This document shows positions 24,701 through 36,200 of a DNA stretch of 64,000 bases, piece by piece. This DNA is from Microbotryum violaceum (lineage: Eukaryota). The translations under genes were made by a program, and so were the position numbers. The stretch lies in the NCBI GenBank assembly GCA_001244265.2, contig CDLV01000006.1, forward strand, positions 2,170,001 through 2,234,000, written 5' to 3'. How positions within the stretch are numbered: position 1 is the stretch's first letter; each line of letters starts with the position of its first letter. The notes below the pieces were generated by a model. The model made no database searches and had not been told where the DNA came from. It saw nothing but the letters and a program-made list of their open reading frames with translations.

Positions 24701-27700
24701 TTACAGAGACACTAGGCGACCCTTGGACTCCTGGATAGAGGCTCGAAGCCCCTCGAACTCCGTTTCGGTGATCGGTTCCAAAAGATCCGACGAGAATCGA
24801 CGACGGCGACAGAGCTTCCAGATCGAGTGAAAGAAGAGGACTCGTAGTTCTACAAGTCGACGTTCCGAGCGAGACACGACCGGGCATACAAAGTCCACAA
24901 AGACTGGGTGGGAGGTCGGGGACAGAGCAGACCAGAGGCGCCGGGCAAATGGGCAGCCGACCGCGAGGTGAACCAGGCACTCGGGTGCTTCCGAGAGACA
25001 CATCACACAGGAGGTAGATCGATTGTTGGGATGTGGGCTGGTTGGGGAGGCGACTTGGCTTCCCGGATGGAGGGACCCCAGGGAGAGAAGGTGGCCGGTA
25101 TCCTCGGCGTCCGAGTGAACCCGGCGAACCTTGCGCAAAGCCTTCCACCAAGCGTTCCAGCGTTGCTCAGGCAGATCGAATACCTTTTGGTGTCCCTTGG
25201 GGAAGATAGGGGGGAAGATGAAGACTTGGTGGCGTTTGGACGCGTTCACAAACGAAGACGGGGTCATCACCTCGCCATCGGGCCCTCGAAAAAGCGTCGG
25301 GTTTACCGAGAGTTGGATTCCGTGGCCCGCTGGGAAATAGAGTACGTGCGTCGCCCATTGCTCGAGGTTCTGGCTCTTGGAGAGTTCCGGGGGATTGAGC
25401 GTGGTCACCAACGCCCAGGCTTCGAAGTATCGGACCCAACGAGCAGGAAGAAGTTTTGTCGTTTTTCTCACCACATGGTCCCACTTTGGGGAGGATGGCA
25501 AAAGTAAGCCCACCAGATCCAAATCCAAGGGCAACAATGCTGGTTTGGGGCCGGTCTGGACAAGGTGAAAGGGGTTGGTTTGTTTGGTGCCTGGAGGCGG
25601 ATGCGGATGTCAAAGAGGTGGCGTGTGAAGCAGCCGTCCGGGGCCCGGAGCTGGAAGACCCACTTCGCGTGATCGATTGCTAGACGCCGAGGCAGATCAA
25701 TCAAACCGAAGCCGCCGTGATCAAGAGGGGTGCAGAGGCGCGACCGGGAGACCTTCGGACGTCGCTGAGTACCATCCGAAGCTCGACCGTGAATGGCGAG
25801 CATGGCGGCCTCCTCGATCTCCTTGACAACGCTCTTGGGGGCGGGAAGGAATCGGCTGTAGTACAAGATCTTTGTGTAGCATTAGATGTTGATGATCGAA
25901 CACTTGGCTGCATATGGGAGATCGTACATCGGAATCGAGCGTATCCGAGCGATGGTCGAGGCCTTGACATCTTCCCAGCCCGCATCCTCGGCGATCTCCA
26001 CCCCGACCTAAATACCAAGGTAGCGAAACTGCGAATCGCTGAGACACCAGGTCCCGAGATCTGGGGCGATCGACCGATCCCAAAAAGCTCCAAGGGGGTA
26101 GAGGAAAGATGTGACGTTGCTGAGCTTGCTGGCACTTGCCCGTTCGTAAAGCTCGATCGCCCGATTGAGGTAGTCGAGGTCCGAGAGGTTGTGGAGTGCG
26201 CAGCAAGCGTCGTCGGCAAAAAGGAGTTCGCGAACGTTTTGGAGGCCCGCAATATCGATGCCCTTGACTCTCAATCGAATCTGACAGGCAAAACCTTCGA
26301 TCGCCAGGACGAAGAGAGACGGAGCCAAAGGATAACCTTGCCGAACGCCCGACAGGATGTCGAAAGTGGCAGAGAGCCAACCGTTGAGGAGGATCGAGGC
26401 AGATTGGTTGGTGTAGGTCGCTCGGTACCATTGGCGGGCTCCGGGGCCGAGGCCAACGGCGCAGAGGAACGCCTCTTGAGCCTTTGTCATCTCCTCCAAC
26501 GGGTACGCTTCCTCGAGCTTGAGTGAGTCCGCGGGGGAGAGGCGAGTTGAAGCGAGGCCGTCGATGATTGCCTTCAGGGCCGCGTCATCGATGGGGCGGT
26601 CCTCATAGACCCGCTCGAAGTAGTCGCTGGCCGCTCCGAGCATCGAATCAGGGTTGGAATGAACAACATCGTTGACCGTGAGCGAAGGGATCAGGTCGGA
26701 TGCTCGCACTTTGCGCAGGCGGACAAAGATGGAAGAGGGACCCGCCAGAGATGGGTCGAGGCGGGACCGCAGGGCCGCGCCGTAGCGCGAGTGGTCAGCC
26801 CTCTCTTGCTCCGACCCGCCACGACGGAACCGAGCGAAAGTCCGGGCCAGAGCCTGCAGCTCGGGCAGCAAGTGTTGTTTGGTGGACGTCCAAGCTGCTG
26901 ATGGATCGTTGGGCGTCTGGAGGAGGGCTTTGTTGTAGAGGGTGCGGACAATGGAGGTGAGGTACTCGCAGGTCGCGTTGCCCTCGATCACGTGCAAACC
27001 CAGCTTGAATTTGCCCGGACCGATGTCGATTGCGCCCGGCACTTGGAACCGTGCCACAACCATTGAGTGCGTCGATTTGAGGACAGGAGCCCAAATTTTG
27101 TGATCATGGAAGAGGTCGACCCAATCAGGCAAGACATAGATGCGGTCAAGGCGACGGCACGTGCCGGGCGCTGAGCGATTCGTCGTGGCTCGTCCTTTGG
27201 GATGATGGAGCCGATAGGCGTCAAAGAGGTTGTTGGCTGTGGCAAGGTCGCGCATCTCCTGGCCCCCATAATTTGTCCCGTTTTGGTTCTCCGAATCGAG
27301 GGGTTGGGACTCAACACAATTCCAGTCCCCCCGACTAGGAGCACAGGCGGCGAGGGGTCGTCGCGCACGACTTGTCGGAGGGCGGTGCTGAGATCTGAGA
27401 GGAAACGCTTTTTGTCTGGCTTGTCGGAGGAAGGCGCGTATATTGATACAACCCGGATTTTTGAGTCTCCCACACGAAAGGTGGCGTCGGTGACTCGGTC
27501 CGGGAAAGAGAAAGAGGCACGAAGAGTGTTTGGAGGTGACTCGGGATCAATAGTGATGACCATAGAGTCGCTCTTCCAGAGTATGGCAGTGTTGTTGAGA
27601 GGAGTGAAAAGAGCGGAGAGCTTTAAGTCTTGGCACTCCTGAGTCCACTGGGCCACCCTTTCGGGGGAAGGTCGGCCAGTTTCGCTCAAGAGAAAGACGT

Positions 27701-27811
27701 CGGCGTTATGGAGCGGAGATTGGAGAAAAGAGAGGCACGCTTACGGTCTTCATTGATTGACTGCACGTTGGCAGCAACAAAAGACACGTTTGGGATTTTA
27801 GTTGTGCTCAT
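24701..27811 (-). pseudogene. LINE ORF2 (endonuclease-reverse transcriptase), frameshifted and deleted
   Basis: APE motifs AANVQS, LSET, SIYAP and RRLDRIY. RT motifs SGVRQGYPLAPSLF, LFADD and FRYLG. Also GGFGLID and CVMC..E...HL..GC. The coding sequence is split across at least five ORFs. Confidence 0.88.
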
Positions 27812-29219
27812 CATCTTGGTCCATAGCGTCTTCCACGTCCTTAGGAGGTGCTTCTTGGTCTTCGGCCTCGTCGTCGGTGTCGGCGTCATCGGGTCGGGCT
27901 TTGGGCGCGGCTGAGGGCAACAGCGTGGGCGAAGACGGCTCGGGGCTCGGCTCGGAGTCTTCGAGGGCAGGCGCAGTGGGAGGGGCTTCACGAGTGGCTG
28001 GCTTGGAGAGGGCGGCAATCGACTTGGATCGAGTTATGATCGACTTTGGCGTGGCCAGAGGAGGGCTTGGGGATGGAGAGGTGGTCTCTGAGCTGGGGGA
28101 CTCGGAGGATTTTTCAACGAGGGAGTAGGCAATTCCCTGATTGGAGGCAGGCTGGGGGGCAGGAGGAGTGGCAGTTTTGCAAGGGAAATTGAAGGAGAAC
28201 TCGGGGCGGGCATTCTTCGACAGAGAATCGGGTTGAGCTCTGTTGGACAGATCTTCAGTCTGGGCAGCCAGATCCTGTTCCACTCGATGTTTTTTGGTCG
28301 TGCGGTCGTGGGCGGAGGCCGGGGAGATCGACTTGGACACGGCGGCGGGGGCGGCGGTGGTAACGGTGGAGGCTTGCGGGGCACGTGACGTGGGGGGTCC
28401 CTGGAGGCTCGACACATGACGGGCCGGGCAGTGCTGGGTGGCGTGCGAGGTGCTCGCGCAGGATTTGCACGCCGGGGCGACGGGGCAATCCTTACGGACG
28501 TGAGCCGCGGAACGGCAGAAGACGCAGTGGCGCATGCCACCGGTGATCCTCAGTGGGATTCGCTCAGTGACACCGTCACGAGCAATAGAAAGTGAGGCAG
28601 GGGGCAAAACATCTACATCCTTAAGGGCAAGGATAAAGTCGTACACCCCAGAGATGTGTTTCGTCTTTCCAATGTATTGGATGCGACGACGGAGGACCGT
28701 GCCATAGGCAGCGATCTGCTCATCGAATAGGCAGAGGCCCTCGGGGTCGGAGAAAAAGCCCGTAAGGGTGCATTGTACAACACCTCCTCTAGTAGAGCTG
28801 TACAGCTTCTCGACTTTGTACAGAGTCTTGCCAACAGTGAGGCCGTTGGCCACCAGGGTGTCGAGATCGGCGGCCTTGGGAAAGCGGAGGCCGCGCTGAC
28901 CCTTGATGACGTATGGCATTGCGCCGGTAAGGCCAGGGTAGTATTTGTCAAGCGCGAGGAGGACTTGCTCGACCGAGGCTGAGGGTGGGGTGTTGATGAT
29001 GACACAATTCTCGATGTTGTGCATCAGTGGATGGGCGGCGACGGCAGTCGAGGCGTTGGCGGTGGCGTTTCCGTGCTTCGCAGCGGAGCGGGCGCCGACC
29101 GCGGCGGAGTATGATTTGGTGGTGGTGGCGGGGGCTTGGCCGGGAGGATCGGGAGGGTCAGGGCGAAGAGGTGGTATAGCAGCATGGCTGGCGTTGTTGG
29201 TGTTGTTGTTGTTGTCCAT
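27798..29219 (-). CDS. LINE ORF1 (gag-like zinc-knuckle protein), intact 473-aa frame
   Basis: KSYSAAV motif and two CX2CX4HX4C knuckles (CVFCRSAAHVRKDC, CKSCASTSHATQHC). Confidence 0.85.
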   Translation of the reverse strand: MDNNNNTNNASHAAIPPLRPDPPDPPGQAPATTTKSYSAAVGARSAAKHGNATANASTAVAAHPLMHNIENCVIINTPPSASVEQVLLALDKYYPGLTGAMPYVIKGQRGLRFPKAADLDTLVANGLTVGKTLYKVEKLYSSTRGGVVQCTLTGFFSDPEGLCLFDEQIAAYGTVLRRRIQYIGKTKHISGVYDFILALKDVDVLPPASLSIARDGVTERIPLRITGGMRHCVFCRSAAHVRKDCPVAPACKSCASTSHATQHCPARHVSSLQGPPTSRAPQASTVTTAAPAAVSKSISPASAHDRTTKKHRVEQDLAAQTEDLSNRAQPDSLSKNARPEFSFNFPCKTATPPAPQPASNQGIAYSLVEKSSESPSSETTSPSPSPPLATPKSIITRSKSIAALSKPATREAPPTAPALEDSEPSPEPSSPTLLPSAAPKARPDDADTDDEAEDQEAPPKDVEDAMDQDDEHN

Positions 29220-29585
29220 CCAATAGGAGTTTCCTTTTTCAAGTCGGCCAAATCGGCGTGCGAAATTAAGTCACCCCGAAGAGGGGGAGAGGGAAAGGAG
29301 AAAGATTTGGACTAAGAGCGTTGGCGTGCATCAACAACGGCAATTTTAAGTAAAAGGCGTAAGATTGATTCTGTGGTTGATACACCGCTCAGTAGCACCC
29401 GGCAAGTCACCCGGCAGGAGCCTAGTAAGGCAGGCGCAGCCCAGAGATTAGGTCTGACAATATTTCTTTCTAGAAGACGGTGTTATTACTCTCACCCACC
29501 GCAATTGAGACGACTATAATTTGCAAACACCATTTCCATTGTTTCAACATTAAGTTGCTCCACTAATTCAATTTACAAAGCTGGT

Positions 29586-32500
29586 CTAAACGTCCGAGAA
29601 GTATTCGTCTTCCTGACCAGCGAAGTCATCGCCGTAGCCTTCATCTGAAGAGCTGCCCATCTCACCGTCCTGCTCGAGGAGTTGTGCGGAGAGAGGCCCT
29701 ACCTCCTTTGCGAGTTCAGCCCCGTCGCTCATATCCATTTGTGCCTCAATGGCCCGCACTTGCTGAACGTCACGGGCCAGCGGTGGAGGCCCCGCCGAGT
29801 CGTCGAGGCCAGATCTCTCCATAGTACCGCGTGTTCCGGATCGATTATGTGCAGGTCGCTCGTGATGTTTTGCCTTCTTGACAGCTCTTCCCGTTGCGTT
29901 CAATCGTTGATGTAAACCACGAAGTTCTGACAGTGCAGGAGGCATGGGCTCGGATTTGCCCTCTGACTGCCCGCGAGTCTTGAGCCAAACATCGAAGAAA
30001 TAGTTGTTCTGGGACCAAGAACATTCGCGCAGCTGCAGAAGCTCCATCCGGCGATCTAGTAGGATGAACGCGCGGCCTCGGATCTCTTCAACATCTTCAG
30101 TGCCGAATATGGACTTGGCATCAGCTGGGTCGATGGATTCAGGAAGGGTATCTGTTGAGATGGTTTGAAAGATGTTAGGGCGACCTAAGAGGTGATATGG
30201 AGCACGCCGTATCGAAAACTTACCCGACACGTTAGTCCAAAGTGTCTGGCAACTAGTGAGACGAGTTTTCTCATCTTCGAGCCAAGCCAAAGCTTGCCGC
30301 ACCTCGGCGCCGATCCGCGCTTTCTCCTCACCGACTCGATCCTTGGCGCGCACAGCTGTTACTCCTCGCTTGACCCAAGGATTGACAGCCCAAGCAGCTT
30401 CAACATGCGTGAAAAAGCCGTCCTGCCAGAACGGGTCCGTCCCATCGAGGTCGATCGCAGATTTCAAGCTGTCGGAAATCCGGAGATTGTTGAGTAGGCT
30501 CGAAGGTGTTGATCCCATCGCGAGACGGAAGGCCTCAACGGCCTTCTTGTACGTCTTGCGAGCCTTTTCCGCGCCAGAACAAATCTTGCCGTCTGTAGCA
30601 CGAGCTTTGCTGACCGCTCGTTGACCTAGCTTTGCACCTCCCTTGCCACGAACCGTCGAAAGTAGCTTCTCCCGACTGGTTTTGTAGGCAATCACCTCGA
30701 GATGAAATCTGCGCAACGCCACAGAGCACTGGAACAGATGTCGAAGTTCTGCACAGCACCTAAGCTATCAGTGCAAGCTACAGCAATCATGTGAGCAACA
30801 CACATTAACTGACCTCTGGACGAGAGGCCCGTGACATAACGAGCCTGTGCCATTGCCGCTCGATCGATGTCCATCCCGAGGCGGCGGCGTTTGGCGCTTA
30901 GCGATTCCAAGACGTCTGAATCGGGCTCTTCGGTATCCCTTTGCAAAAGCCCAGCAAGTCAGAATCATAGACAGTGAGCGACGGCCTGGCCAGATGATCT
31001 ACGTACATTCGCGACTCAATCTTGTAGAGGCTCTCCACAAGTCCATAGAGGTCGCTCTCCCTCAGGCGATCCGCCTCCGATTGCTGCGCAGCTGTCTTTG
31101 GCACTTGCGCCAGTCGCTGTTCTTCCCACTCGCGGCGGAGCGCATCTTCGGTCAACCTCGAATCGTAGGCAATGATGCTATTAAGCTCTTCCTCAGCAGC
31201 GACACCCTTGTCGTTTGCCTCATGGTAGCGACGATAGAACCAGGCCCCTAAAGAAAACATATCGAGTGTCAGCATTGTGATTGAGATAATTGCGATCCAG
31301 GTGCGGCTTACCCAGCTTGTTGACGGTCGCGTCATTCAGTGCTTGGATACGGACCGCCAGGTTGACGAAGCGATGGGACTTGTTCGAGGGGCGGTTGATG
31401 GGAATGAGCGACCGTAGCCCGCTCCACAATCGCTCACAGCCCTCTCCATCAGTCAGCCCGAAGTTCGGAATGAGGCGCGGGTTGAACTCGACTTGGCAGG
31501 ACCAGATATGGGCGTATGCATGGAAGACGCTCGTGGCGAACTCCAGTCGCTTGAAAAGCTTTGGCAGGAGCTGCCTCTGGTGACAAATGATAAAGTAGGC
31601 GCATTTGGTCAGTGCCAACGAAATTGAGGAGGAAGGGACCCGTCGTAATCGATGCGAACCTTTTCAATGTGGTGCTTGAAGTTACAAGCAATGTCGTATA
31701 AGACTCCGATCTTGGCGTGTTCAGGAAGGCGCTCTGAAATGTGATTGAGGATGGCAAGCGCATAGTACAATCTGAGTGGTCGGAGGGGAATCTGCGCATT
31801 AGTACTGGGGTTCGAGAGGAAAGCGGAAGCGCCTAAGTCCCGCCAGACAGCTCCGCGCTTACTTTTCACCAGACCTCTCAAGATTGACCATTTTCAGGTT
31901 CACGTCATGACGGCATACGCAGGCAACGAGTCCGGTGTCGACTACTCGTGACGAGGTTGAGCCAGCTCCGTCGTCGGCAGCCTGCTACGACTCTGTGCAC
32001 GCCTATGACGGTGGGTGGGTGTAGAGGTAAGCGATCCCATTAAGGCAAATGCAAAGAGCGGCATTACTCACTTTTTTGGTCGGTCGCACCGAAGCTTCAA
32101 CCTCGGCCTTCATCGTCTGAACCTCTTCCTCACCCAAGAAAGTGTCCTGAACAATCTGGTCGTGGTTCGAGTTTTTCTCACGCGTTTGCTGAAAGTTGCC
32201 GTCGTATGCAAGCACGCAATCCAATGTGACGTCGTGACAAGGTTGATTAAGTCACGTTGGCCCGAAGCACGCGGGACACTTGTTGGAACGAATCGACGGT
32301 GCCTGCGAGAAGGTCCCCGCTGTCCTCCTCGCATGTTTCGAGAGCGCGGTACTCGTCGATCGCGTTGCTTCCGAAGGTCTTTGTCCTGTATGCGCGGAAG
32401 GCAGGCTTTAAGCAAGTGCCCATGAGACGATGGCGGCGTCCAAACTCACCCAAGGATGTCCCGTATAGTGACCCCGACCCCACCCACAACGAGAGTAATA

Positions 32501-33033
32501 CTCTTTGAGGCCGTCCGCATAGCCGGTGATAGCGCGGGGGCTGCCCTTCCAGCTTGCGTGGGCCTGCTCGACCAGTCGAAATGAGAAGGCGGTCATCGGC
32601 ATTGAAGCGGTCGAAGAGATGAACCCTAGTTGGGCCAAGCGTTCAACATCCGTAGCACACCGCGACTCGGAGGCACATCAGGTGACCTGCAATTTGTAGA
32701 CCGACGGTTTGGACTTGTATCTTCTCTTCGGCGGCATGGCGACGCCGAGTCAAGTGCATGAGCAAGAGGACGAACGCGAGCCGTGGGGCCTGTACAGTCG
32801 ATGGCGGCGCTACCAGGAGCTGTAGCGAAAGCAACGAGGTGAGGCGGCGAGTCAAGTGGAAGGTCCCTCGCGTGTTGCGCTAGGCCTCGGCGCGCGTGGC
32901 CGACTGCCGACTGCCGCCAACGCGTGTGCTCGGACCCTTCGATCTCGGGACCGAAATCCCGCGCGACCGCTTCGGACACGTGACATTGACAACATCCGAA
33001 AGATGCGAGAAAAATATGAAGGAAGAAATGCAT
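29586..33033 (-). mobile_element. Kyakuja-Dileera-Zisupton (KDZ) transposase gene with a CxC-like N-terminal region; spliced and probably degenerate
   Basis: AYDGNF, DTGLVACVCRHD, YYALA, GVLYDIAC and FHAYAH..SCQ..FNPR...FGLTDGEGCERLWS. Upstream is the CxC1-like GFISST..PMTAFSFRL, with a broken frame near 32640. Confidence 0.88.
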
Positions 33034-33299
33034 CTACTGCTCACTTTCCTAATCAATCTAGCAGCTGTGAGAGTGTTGTGTGTACACAGAATCGACTCGA
33101 AGCAGAGAGTTGGGTGTAACCTGGGCCAAGTCGGCGCCCTGGGGTAGCAAGGGTACACCCCGCTGGGGCAGTGACTTGGAAGGCACGTGAGGGGGCGCTG
33201 CGCGCGCGCCGGTTCAGGCGTATTTTTTATGTCTGCCCGAGGTGACTGGGCCGGCCTGCTCTGTCTTCACTCCTCTCACTTTCAGGGCCGGCGATCGGG

Positions 33300-36200
33300 A
33301 TGGCCACGCCGATTCCTCCCAGCTCTGCGGGACCTTCCGTAATACGGTCAACCTCATCCTCGACCCCAACCAGCTCAACCTTGGGCAGTGATCGTCCTTC
33401 CACCTCCACCTCGCCACCAGATGCCTCCTCCCTGCTCTTGCCTCACTTCTCACCGGTCATTCACACCTTCACCACCCCCGAGCTAACCGGAATCCTACAC
33501 CGATCGCGCTTCAACTCGCTCTCCCACCTCCTGTCCGCGTTCGAGAGCAACATCGACAAGGTCCAGGTTCGCTCGACCAACTATGAACCTCGACTGTTGC
33601 CCAAGTTTGGGGTCAAGCTGGTCGAACGCGCGCTGCCACCCGCGTTTGCGAGCATGACCAACCAGGGGGCCACATCTTCGCTGGGATCGGGTGTAGTAGC
33701 ACCGCCACCACCTCCGGGATCAGGACTAGTACCATCGGGAACAACATCGGGCAACACCCCCGCCCTGCCCGCCACCCCCTTCTTATGGCCGACCCAAGCC
33801 GAACGCGACGAGCTCTTTCTCGACTCGCTCTCGTCGCTCATCACCAGTCGCCTGAAATCGCACTGGACCTCCCGCCTCGACGCCGAGGTGCGCGTACAAC
33901 GGACAACACGACCGAGACGCAGGGTACCGACCGACGAAGAAATTGCACAAGACCCGAGCCTGCTGGCCGATCACCTGCCAGACGGCCACGACGAGCCTTG
34001 GGACCGCAACGGCCTCGATAGCCTCACACCGTGGTACACGACCATGCGTGACGAGGTTTTCAAGCGAAGGGAGATGTCCGAACAGGACTCTTTCAACTCG
34101 CCCATAGCCTGTGAGGACGTGTTACCCGCAGGAGCATTGCCCGACTCGGCTGAACCCCTGTTTTTCTTCTCCAGGCCTCCTCGCGCTCTCATCATCCCAC
34201 CCGGACCCACTCAACGCCCTTTCGGCTTTGTGGGACCTCACCTCCAAGTCAAACCTTTTCTCACCCCGCGCATACCCTCCCCGGTCAGGTGTCGAGGAGG
34301 ACTCGCGCCATGAATGGGCCAACCCAGACGTGCTGCGCTACATCGTGCTCGTCCATGATCATGGCGCAGGCGGCGGCAGGGATGCTTTAGAAGAGTGGGT
34401 GGCAATGATGTTATCTTACTTCTACTCAACGATCATGCTGATGCCGCATGCACCTCACTCCACAGTGCCAAGGACTTGCATGAACAGATCCGCAAGACCT
34501 ACGGTCACCACACCGCCTTGCTCCCCATCTTCACCGCCGCTCCGACCGCGGCCAAACCTGAAGCGAGGGCACGAGACATCATCAGTCTGTGGGACGAAGC
34601 TGTGCTCTCAGAACCGGGAACCGGCGCACCTGCATACTCGCAAGCTGCTGCAATCGTAGGCTTGGGCGTCGATCCGGAGGGGGCGTACGAGGTCGACAGC
34701 ACTGCTCCATCCGATGATCCCTCCGCATGCGCGCAACCTGCTTCCCCTCTGATCGAAATCGGTCACGAACTCTCCGATCTCGACTTCAACTCAATCAAAG
34801 TATTCCTGCGCGAAATGGTCGTTCAATCGATCGTGCCTTGGATCGAACGCTCCGTCGTCGTCGGATACGAGCAATACCAAGCGAGCAAGAAATCGATCGG
34901 GGGCAGGTTGTTCAGTGCGGGAAGGAAGTACTTTGGGGGAGGTGGGACGAGCGGATCCGCGGGCAAGGCGACAACGAATGCGGCAGGGCAGGCTATTGGG
35001 TATAATGCGGCCAAGGGCTAGTGAGTTGAGACAGTTGGGGGCGTACACCTGTTATTTAGAAGCTGACGCTCGACAATACTCGTAGCTACCCTTTCATCTC
35101 GCAAGAAGCCCAGTCTCGACGCCTCGCTGACCTCTTGTTCATTCTACACGACTTTAAGTTGGCTTCGACGATCTGCGAGTCCCTCCTCAAGGACTATCGA
35201 GCCGATCGAGCTTCACGCCACTACGCTTCAGCTTGTCGGATGATAGGTCTCTGCCTTCTCTTGTCCCACCCTACGGGCCAAGCCTTGACGTTCAACCCGG
35301 ATCAATACCTCGAAATGGCCGAAGCTTGCTCCTCCACGACCGTCGATCTGGACGGTCTGAAAGCCATGATGTTTTATTACGAAGTATACCTCGCCATACC
35401 CGACTTGCGACCCGCTCCTACAGGGCTCGTACGAACAGCCGGAGAAGCGGAGGAGATCACCTCAGCCGTGTTATTGGAACAAGCTGCGTTGGCGGATTTG
35501 AGATTACCGCGTGCACATGGTGGGATGTGGGGAAGGAACAGGAAGTTTGGGTTCCATATGATCATGGCTGCTAAGAGGTATGAGAAATGTGGAGTCAAGA
35601 GTCTGAGTCGGAGGTGTTTGAACATGACCCGGGGGATCTATAGGGGGGTTGGGGAAGGGGAGGTGGATGCGGATTGGTGGAGGGATGATGTGAGGTACGA
35701 AACGTTCCATGATGCTTTGGGCGTGGAGTACAAGGGTGGACGAGGGGGTTGGGACGCCGTAACGAATCATCTGGAACATACACTCGCTCGACAGGCGTAT
35801 AGCGTCGGCAAACCGATCGAAGCGGTGGGGCATTTCTTAGAACTCATCAAAGGGCAAAATGACGATGAGGATGGGGAGGAGTGGTTGGATGATTTTGCTT
35901 TGGCTTGGGAACGGTTGAGTGAACAGGATCGGGTGGAGGGGCAGTGGATCTTGCCGAAGAGGATGTGGAAGGTTTTGGGGGTTTGGACGGGGACTGTGGG
36001 AGAGGGAGGGAGTGGAGAGGATGAAGAGGGATGGGCGACGCTAGAGCAGGAGGTGGGTGCGACGGAGAGTGGAACCGAGGCGCGGTCGAAGAATGATGCT
36101 GGGTTCGGAGGTGAATTGCGTGCTCTCTATCGTTTACAGGAAGGGTGCTGACCATTTATCATCTGACTGCTGGTAGAAACGTTCTACCTCGAGCTTCTCG

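Larger units (their letters stand above)
24680..29340 (-). mobile_element. Non-LTR retrotransposon (LINE, L1/Tx1-like architecture), internally deleted; ends approximate
   Basis: ORF1 with CCHC knuckles is followed by an overlapping ORF2 with APE endonuclease, RT and C-terminal zinc motifs. Confidence 0.9.

Noticed and set aside
29380..33200. CAAGTCAC / GTGACTTG considered as KDZ terminal inverted repeats
   Set aside because: Only 8 bp match, with no extension and no TSD.
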